A stretch of DNA of 64,000 nt from Dimorphilus gyrociliatus (lineage: Eukaryota > Animalia > Annelida), in the NCBI GenBank assembly GCA_904063045.1, contig CAJFCJ010000027.1:598882-662881 (forward strand), given 5' to 3'. Each line of letters begins with the position of its first letter. Position 1 is the first letter of the stretch. Below, in pieces: positions 52,276-62,600 of this stretch. The translations under genes were made by a program, and so were the position numbers. The notes under the pieces are model-generated. The model ran no database searches. It worked only from the letters and a program-made list of their open reading frames with translations, and was not told where the DNA came from.

Positions 52276-55123
52276 TGTATCTGTATATAAATGCTACACT
52301 AGTATAATTAAATAACAAAAAACGAAAGCATTTAAGTTGATTTGTACTTACGGCAAATAATCAAGATAAAGTTGCAAGTACATCTACCGACAGCGCTTAA
52401 ATTAGCCTATACTAGTCCAAACTGCCCTTTTATCTCTAAGAACTTTATTTTTAGATAGGAGTCATCTGATTATTTATTCATTCTATTTGAATTTTGCATT
52501 ACATAGGATGAAAATTTCGATTATCTTGGTTTATATATTTTCTTCGCTAGAGAACCTGGATAATATTGATGAAATATTTCCATATATAGCTTAGAAAAGG
52601 TATAAATTCACTCTTATGGTTAGTTTTCAGAGAGCTTAAAGCTTAAATGAATAAGATATACAAGTTAAATTGATAGACAGATAGATAGAAAGATAGACAC
52701 AGTATACACATAGACAGCGTTCATAAAAAAGATAGTAGCAAGAGCAAAACTGCCGAGAGTAAGCTGGCAGATTGCAAAAGAGAAAAAAAAACACATCAGA
52801 AATATATAACAGATATAAACAACATGGAAAATGTATATCTATGGTGTTCAAATCAGCTGTGTTGAAAAATATTAATTTTTTATTTAGGCCTGCATCAAAA
52901 AAAAAAATAGACTAATATTAATTAGCTAATGTATTTTTATAATATTAGTAATAATATTCTTATGTTAAACGATTATAAAGAGTTAATAACATGCAAGTAA
53001 TATAAAATAAATTATTTGAATAAATTAAAATAATGAATGTAAATATACTTTTCTTTCTAAGAATAAAGTAAGACTGTATTTAATATACGTATACTGTATA
53101 TATATATGTATATATACATTGTTTTTACAATCTAATATAGAGGAAAAATAAATATAATGCAAACTATAATCTGCTAATAATATTACTAATGCAGCACAGC
53201 TGTTATTTTAATATTAAAGGAAGATTACAAGCATCTTTATACTTATTTTTGAGGTAAAACAAGAAAAACATATAATCTTTTTCTATATAAATCATAAATA
53301 GAATAGTAGTATATAAAAGTAAATGTATACATACAGTAATAGACTAATAGATACATATATATATATAGGTCACATTAAATTTATAATTGAATTATAATAT
53401 TTCAATACTTTTTTGCTATACATAAAAAAGCATATACAGATAGGTGAGGCGAAGTTGATATTTGTCTATCATTAGCTAGATAATTAATTTCTATACTAAT
53501 TGTATTATGCCTAAAACCTTAAATATGCTTCTGAATTAATCATTTGTGTCATAAAAAGAGCATAAATTATATAACATAATATATATATATAGTATGTATA
53601 TATATAAACTATATGATATATACACATATATAATTTTCTATATATACTGTATATATATATATAAATTATTTAAATGCATTGCAGTATTGGTCATTTAAAT
53701 TGATCTCTTTTCCATCATTTATATAACTTATCGATAAAGAAAATTTGTTAAAGGTTAATTAGTCTATGTAAAGTTAACTAATTAATTCCAACAGGATTAC
53801 CAGCCTGCGTACTAATTAATAAATTGGGATGCAGATTAACTGTTTTATCTGGTGCATTGGTTTCGGCAATTCCTTTTGCCCTTTCGAATTTCTTATTGGA
53901 GAATTTTTATTATATTCTCTGTATAAGGGGAATGGTCCTAGGTGAGAAAAATTGATGAAATTATCAATAATAATCAATATTACGAGTTTTAAATGTATAG
54001 TTATTAAATATAATTATCTAACGGGCTTATTCTTTTTTCAGGATTGGGTCTTGGCTTGACTATTCTACCTTCTATTCTTATTGTACATGTCTATTTCGAA
54101 AAGAGTAAAACACTTGCTCTTTCTCTAATAATCAGCGGATCAAGCTTGGGATTAGCAATAGTTCCTTATGCTATTCTTAGATTGAAAGAGCACAGTACTA
54201 TTATTAATAATTATTCATTAATGGGTATATGTCTGCTGATGGTACCTTGCAGTTTATTTATGACTGAAAAAGGTAAAACTACATTAAAACTAACGAGAGG
54301 AATGATGGATCTTTTCGATCCAATGCTAATACATCATCAAGCGTTTTTGGTTCTGGTCGCTTGTAATTTTATATGGAGTCTGGGATCCTCTATCTTTTTC
54401 ATGTATCTGCCAGTTCAGGGATATTTAACCGGAAATGGATTAAATCGTAGCGTGTACATAATAATCGCTATTTCTATAACAATTTTCATCATCAAACCAA
54501 TGTTAACTATATTTAACCAGGCTGCAACTTTTGATCATGGTACAGCTTTTGTCTTTACAATTGTACTACCAGTTTTATTTACAACATTCTGTGGCGAAGC
54601 CAGCGTGTCGTACACTGGACAAATGGGTTACTCAATACTATTTGGAATACATGTAGCATTTTGGACTACGTACACCAGGTCAGCTAGCCAAGAGTTAATT
54701 GGTCAAGAGAACCTGGCTCTAGGCAAGGGCTTTATAATAACAAGCATCGGACTTGGTCTACTTGTTGGGCCAATATTTGCTGGTCTTTTATTAGATATGC
54801 TTAAAACAACATATTATGTCTTTTATCTCTCAGGAATGGCACTGATTTTAGCAGGTGTCATAATGCTTATTGCTAAATTAACAGGTTGTACGAATGTTTA
54901 TAGTGACAAAAAAGTAGATATAAGCGAAACAATAGCATTTGTCGATAATGCAAGCTCTACTAATTCAACTCCCACCGAGAGTATTACCTATAACGACCCA
55001 TTGGAGAGCGCTTTGTACGAAATTATGGTGTCAGGTTCAACAGTTCAGGCAAGAAGGGCAATAGCAACTTTACACATTGATTCAAAAAGAACGGATTCAA
55101 GCTTTAAAATAACAAAAGCTTAA
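51227..55123 (+). CDS. SLC16 / monocarboxylate-transporter-like MFS protein
   Basis: Exons 51227-51416, 53795-53941 and 54042-55123. KWFLVAASF, NKLGCRLTVLSG, GLGLGLTILPSILIVHVYFEK, GLLVGPIFAGLLLD and about 12 TM helices. The frame is open upstream to 51101, so a further 5' exon (ATG 50476) is possible. Confidence 0.92.
52245..52274. repeat. (TA)n microsatellite ending in TACTGTA
   Basis: Direct reading. Confidence 0.85.
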
Positions 55124-56477
55124 TTTATTTATAGTAAAGACACAATATGTTTGTAGAATTATAAACAAAATTTTTGGCCTATTTTGTTGAAATTACCAAT
55201 TAGCATTAATCTATTATAATTTGTCTTTAAAAGCAACAACAACCAACAAAATATAAACATTTTTCACTTTTTTTCTCATACAAAAGGTTCCACTTTGTTT
55301 TACAACCGAAATTTCTAACCTATATGTATTTATATGTTATTTTGACGTCATATTTATATATGTTATTTACTTAAAAAAGGAAATGTTTTATCCAAAAGAA
55401 AAGTTAAACGAAGGAAACTTAACATAAACAAAACAAAAATAAATAACAATGGGAAAAGAGTTGAATTTGTGCCCATAAAGAAATTATTTATTACACAATT
55501 TGAAAAATCTGCAGATTTTATCCAAAAAAAGGAGTTAAACATTAAACTATCGAGTTTTGGAATGAAGTGATAAATAACTGCCACTCTTTTATTTAATAAT
55601 TCTAGTCTTTCAACTATTTGTAAAATTTTTTTTTAGACTTTCCAGTAAAATTCTATACTCTTTACGGCTTTAGAATAATGTATATCATTATGTATTTTAA
55701 CTAACGATATATGATCTTTTCAATAATAACATGTTCTCCGTTTCTGTATATAGATATATATTTTTATAAAATTTTATTTATCAATAAATGACTTAGTGTT
55801 TTAAAAAACTTTTATAACCTTCTTTTTTCAAACCGGAAGTATTGTCGATAAAAATTAATTCCCGATTCTTCAGATAAGCTTTCTTTATTATAAATTCGAA
55901 TATTCAATATTTTAATAAAAGTGTCTTCATTCGTTTGAAAGAAACTATTTTTCCGAATAATTAACTTTCAACCACTTTCTTCAATTACTTCAAATACCTA
56001 AAAAACATATTCAGTATTTCCGTTACGTTAAAATAGTTTCTCAGCACTTTTCTCCTATAAATCAATAGAAAAACCATACCACAAACAGAGAAAATAACAA
56101 TTAATAATAAACGCCGTACAATTAACATTACATATGAAAAATTTCTGAAAATTCAAAAGTCAACTTTCGTATAAGAACCACATTAGTTCAATCCTGATTA
56201 AAAACTACAAAAATGAAACAGTTACCCAGCAAAAAGTACTAATACATAATTGCCAAATGTTAATATCCGTCTAAAATTAAAATAAAAAAAAACAGATTGA
56301 TATACATTATAGGAAAGGCGATTTTGCAACGTAGATAACAAATAAAGAAATCTCTAACATCAATCAGAAAGAATATAAGAAACAGGTGAAACTCATTGAA
56401 AATAACACGTCAACTATTAAAATCAATGTGAAAAACCTGGAAAACTAAACTAACATTTAAAGCAAATAAGTGAAGAG

Positions 56478-56486
56478 TATATAAAG
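56478..56486 (+). promoter_or_regulatory. Candidate TATA box of the giant secreted protein gene
   Basis: TATATAAAG about 190 nt upstream of ATG 56673, with a plausible 5'-UTR intron (GTAAG 56569 to AG 56638) between them. Confidence 0.35.
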
Positions 56487-56672
56487 CAATTCATCCACAT
56501 ACTCAATGTCTATTGACCAGCAGAGTCACATAACCAAAAGATACTTCTAGTTCAGTAACAAATTATTGGTAAGAATTTACAAAAAAACTATTCGGATAAC
56601 AAAATCATACAAACTTTTAATAACTTTATCATTAGCAGGTTTTAACTACTAATAAATATCTCAGCTAGAAAT

Positions 56673-59600
56673 ATGTTGCCGATACCTCGGCTTTGCCTTA
56701 TCTTGCTCTTAGCAGCAACAGCTGGAGCTCTTATATTGAAAAGTCCAACAGACTCTGAAACGGTTGGACGCTCTATCCTGAAAAAAACCATTAGACCAAC
56801 AAAATATTACAAGACATTTGAATCGAAAACTTACTTCAGAAATGGAACAAATAAATATTTGATCCAAAAAGCTAAAGATGGTAGATACTTCTATAAAATC
56901 GGAAGTAGAACCTTCTATGTTAATTACTGGAAATACTCTACCAGTAAGAAAACAACACAGAAGCGTTTTGTTTCTTATAGAAGGTAAAGTAATGCCTCTC
57001 TTCCATATCCCATTATTCCCTTTATCGAGTGAAACCTTCAATGATTTCCTCTCATTCCTATACTTCATCTTTCACAGATACTACATCTACGGGGGAAAAC
57101 GTTACCTTCTACAAAAAGAAGGAAGTAGATGGTTCTTCAGAATTGGAGCTCTCAAGAGATACGTTTCTTTTGGTAACAGAAAAGTCACCTATACAAAGAA
57201 AACAATCATCAAACGCTCCAGTTACAAGAGATACATCAGAATTGGTGGTAAGAAATACGAACTCCGCAAATCAAAGAGCGGCCGTTATTATTACATCATC
57301 AACGGAAAAGCCATCTACTTGAACAGACGTGGAAAGACTACTGGTGCCAGTATCAGATACATTATGATCGGTGGCGTCAGATACCGTCTATACAAAAATG
57401 GCTTGAAATACTACATTTTGAAAAACAACAAAAAGGTTTGGTACACTTCTTCTCAGATCTCATCAATGATGAAGAGCAGCGTCAAATATCTCTACTACGG
57501 AGGTATGAAATTTCAATTACGCCTGGAGGGAAGTCGCTATTACTTCATTTACGGAAAGAGCAAACGCAAGGTTTACGTAGACAAAAATATGAAACCAATC
57601 GGTCTCGGAAGCAAAACGTTAGTAAAATCATTCCACCCAACCCTTTCAAAACATAACCACGACAATTCATTACAAACCATTCTCTTCCTACAGTTATCTT
57701 TTGGGAAGCAAATACAGATACACATTAAATAGAGGAAGCGGAAGATCTTACTACTTCTACAGAGGAGGAAGAAAATACTACACAAGAAACAGAGCCTGTG
57801 TTGCCCAAAGAAGAGCTACACCTACACTCAGAATTGGTGGAAAATCATTCTCCCTCACACGTTCCGGAAGTCATTGGATCTTTTACTTTGCAAAGAAGAC
57901 ATACCGTCTCATGAGGTAAATACAATTTGTCACCTTACTGTTTCAATCACCTAACAAATTCAAATAGTCCGCTATACCTATAACCTCTATTTGAACAGAA
58001 CAACTACTCCAAACACATATAAATTGAACTTTAACGGTAAAAACTACCAAGTCAAACTTTCTTTCGGCGGTCTTACAACACCACCAAGAACATCAATCAG
58101 AACCGCATCATTGAGAATCAATGGCAAGAGTTTCTCTTTGAGACCATCAGGATCAAACTACTATTTCCAATATGGAAAGAAACGTATTAATGTCATCCGT
58201 GATGTTAAACAAAAGGGAAGATTCTACTTCACACTCAACGGCAAGAAGACGTCATTCAACCTCTTCAGTAGCATCGGAACCATGAGCAGCTACCTCAAAA
58301 AGATGGTCATGATCAACAATGTCAAATACCCAATTCAAAAGAAATTCGGCATGTCCTATTACATGTTGAATGGAAAGAAGGTTGTTTACAATTCTTGCAA
58401 TAGATATTCCATTCCAAGATGCAGCAGAGGATCAAAATTGGTGAAAGGGAAATGCGTCGATATTGACGAATGTAAAACTAAACCATGCAAACATGGAGCT
58501 AAATGTGTTAACCAAAGAGGAGGATACAGATGCGCTTGTCCACAAGGAACAGTGTATGACTCACAAGATGGATGTCAAAAGATCCCCGATTTAGGTGAAG
58601 GATGTGCTTCCAAATCAGATATTGTCTTCGTCATGGATTCTTCCGGATCTGTTGGATCTCACAATTTTGAAAAAATGAAGAGATTTGTCTACAACATTGC
58701 TTCTAAATTCACTATTGGAAAAAACGCCATGCGTGTTTCCGTCGTCAAATACCAATCAAGAACCTACTTGGAATTCAACTTGGACAAACACTCCAGCAAG
58801 AAATCTCTCTTGGATAACATTTTGAGAATCAGATACAGAGGAGGTGGTACTGCCACTGACAGAGCCTTGAAATTCACTCGTATGACTGTATTGCCAAAAA
58901 GCAGAAAGAACACTCCAACAATCGTTGTTGTAATCACTGATGGAAGATCAAACAACCGCCGCAGAACAATCCAAGAAGCTGATGTGAGTTTTCGGAACAC
59001 TTCATAGACATTAGCATTAATATATATTTCTATCGTTATATGTTTTACAGAAAATCCTTAAGGACAAATCCGTCAAATTGATTTCTGTTGGAATCGGACA
59101 CAACTTGGATGCTGGAGAATTGAAAGCCATGGCTTCCGAACCAACAGCAAAGCATTCTTTCGCCGCCAGCGACTTCAATGCTTTGGGTGGTATCTATTTG
59201 TCTCTTGCTTCAAGAGCCTGTCAATCTGCATGTCCATCCGGCAAGAAATGCATCAAATGCAGACCAGGATATTACGAATCTGATGGAAAATGCTGTAAGT
59301 GTTATAATTGAAGGTCATAGAGAGAGTCACATTGCGATCGATTCACAAACACTACTTGACAAAAATCAATACATACTTTTTCTCTTCACACAGATTACGA
59401 TGCTTGCTTCAAAGCCGGACGTTGTAGAGGAAATGCTAAGTGTTCGAACAGAAAGAGCAGCTTCGTTTGCGCTTGTCCAGCTGGATTTGTCTACACACGT
59501 AACGGATGTGCTAAACCAAAAATCCCAAGTGGTGACAGAATCATTCTCTTCGATGATGGAGACTGTAAAGGAAAACAAAAGACATTCTACTCTGCTTCCT

Positions 59601-62600
59601 CCAACCTCGGTCCTTTCGATAACACTGCCGAGTCAGTTATGGTCAGTGGAAAGAAAATCTGGTTGTTGTACAACGGCAAATACTTCAGACACTTCTCCTA
59701 TGCCGCCCGCGCCGGAAACTGTATCAATTTGTCTTCAAGAACAAAGGTCAGCTCTTTGAGACCATATTACGGTCTAACAATCAGATGTCCAAGAGGATAC
59801 AAGAGAGAAAACAACAAATGTATCGACATCAATGAATGCGAAGACAAAGACATTTGTGTCGAAGGATCGAAATGTATCAATTATGGTGGTGGATACAGAT
59901 GCTCTTGCCCAATCGGAAACGTGTATGACAAGAGAAAGGGTTGTATTGCTGTTCCAGACATGGGAGATGGATGCGGCGCTGAAGCCGATATCCTTTTCGT
60001 TTTGGACGCTTCTGGATCTGTCAGAGCTCATAACTTTGAAGAAGTCAAGAAATTCACAGCCGAAGTTGTAAACAAAATGAAGATTGGAAAGAAAGATGTT
60101 CGTGTTGGTTTGATGACATTCGCATCTTCCGTTAGAAATAGATTCTCCTTTGCCAAGTACACAAACAAACAGAGCCTTGTTAAGGCCATCTTGAGCACAC
60201 CATACACAAGAGGAGGAACCAACACAGCTGCCGCTCTCACTTCTGCTAAGAGAGCGTTCGCTTCAGCAAGAAAGAATGTACCACACATTGCTATTGTTGT
60301 CACAGATGGAAGATCTTACAATAAGAGACTCACGTTGGCTGCTGCTAATTCACTTAAAACTGCAAAGGTAACAACATTTGCTGTTGGTGTTGGAAAGAGA
60401 TTGGACAAAGATGAATTGAAGGCCATTGCTTCCAAACCATTCGACAGTCATTTATTGGAAATTGAAGATTTCGAAGATTTGGTCAAAATTCAACCTAAAC
60501 TTGCCGTCAAGACATGCGAACGTAAGTAGAATATAGTAGGAGCAGGTTATTTTGTATTTGCAATAAAATTCATTAATAACCTTTACAGAATCCTGCAAAA
60601 AGAACTCCTGTTTCACCTGCAAAAAGGGATTCATCAAGAGAGAAAAGGAATGCTTCAGAGACTACTGTTCTATCAACAACATTTGCAAGGGTGGAGCCAC
60701 TTGTGAACTCACAGAAAAATTCTACGAATGCAAATGTCCACGACGAGGAATGGAATACGACAGACTCAAGGGATGTGTTGCTTCTTCGTTGGATGACGAT
60801 GATGATGCTGACGATGATGACAAAGAGGAAGATCCAAAGGAAGGAGTCGTTTTCTACTCTGAAGAAAACTTCAAGGGAAAACGTTGCGTTGTCAAGGACG
60901 ATGTACCAGATTTGTCCCAAATCGGATGTGATAACACTGCCGAATCCGCTATCGTGTTTGGTGGCAAGAGATGGCAACTCTATGATGACGACAAATATGA
61001 AGACGAATTGGTCATCTTGAAGCAAGGAAAATACCCAACTTTGAAGAGATACGGTGCTGATGACAAAGTTTCATCTATCAGAGATCTCCCAGAAGACGTT
61101 GACAATTGTAAACCAAACCCATGCAAAACAGGAGCAACATGCGCCGATCTCGCCAATGGTTTCAAATGTACCTGCAAAGATGATGATTTCGAATACGATG
61201 AAGCCAAAGGCTGTGTACGAAAGATAGTGAAAGAGCCAAGAGAAGGTATCATTTTGTACGATGAAGAAAACTTCAAGGGAGATTTCATCGTCGTTGAAAA
61301 GGATACTCCAGAATTATCTGAATTGAAATTTGGAGATAGAGTCGAATCATTGAAAGTTATTGGCAAGAAACATGGGAATTGTACGACAAGGGAGGATATG
61401 TTGATCCCATTGCCCGTTTCCCACCAGGAGAATACGACGTAATCAAACCAGGAAACAAGGCCAGTTCTCTCAGAGTTGCACCAAAGACATCTGACTGTAA
61501 GTAGACCATTAAAGGATTTACAAATAATCCACAATGAACATATCATTATCACTTGCATCTTTGTAACAGTGCCAATTATTGTGCCAAGAACCCATGTAAA
61601 CGTGGAGCTAGATGTTTCGGTTTGAAGAAGGGATACCGTTGCATTTGTCCATCTGGACAAAAATACTATAGAACAAAGGGATGTCAAAAACTTTTGACCA
61701 GCCCATGTGACAGCAACCCATGTAGAAAGCCAGCTAGATGTTTCCGTCGTGGTTTGACTAGATACAGATGTGTATGCAAGAGAAGTCAATATTATAGCGC
61801 AAAGGCTGGATGTGTGTCCAGACCTTGTGCCAGAAAACCATGTGGAAAAGCAAGATGTATCAACATCGGTTCACGTCATAGATGTGTTTGTCCACAAGAA
61901 GCATCTTTGATGCTAAAACCAAATCTTGCAAGAGATCTGCTACACAATTGTGCAAGAGAATTCTTGCAAAGGAAAGGCTAGATGTGTATCTCTCGGCAGA
62001 AGAATCAGATGTCAATGTGGAAGAGGATTCAGATACAACGCCAAAAAAGGCTGTGTCAAATTCAACTTCAACCCATGCTTGAAGAAACCATGCAAGGGAG
62101 CCAGATGTATGAGAAGAGGTTTCAACGGTTATAGATGTCTTTGTAAACCAGGCTTCAGATATTATGGCAAAAAGGGATGTGTGAAATACACAAGACCAAA
62201 CCCATGCTTGAAGAGACCATGTAAGGGAGCTAAATGTCTCAGAAGAGGTATTGCTGGATATAGATGTGTCTGCAAGAAGGGACTCTTCTACAACAGAACA
62301 AAGGCTGTATCAAATACAACAAGAACCATGTTCAAAGAGACCATGCAAGGGAGCCAGATGTTTGAGAAGAGGTCTTTCTGGTTACAGATGTTTGTGCAAG
62401 AGAGGATTTAGATACAATAGCAAAAAGGGATGCGTTAAATACACAAGACCAAACCCATGTTTGAAGAAACCATGCAAGGGTGCAAGATGTATGAGAAGAG
62501 GACTCTTCGGATACAGATGTGTATGCAAGAAGGGATTCAGATACAACAGAAGAAAGGGATGTATCAAGATGACCAAACCAGTCAACTTGTGCAAGAAGAA

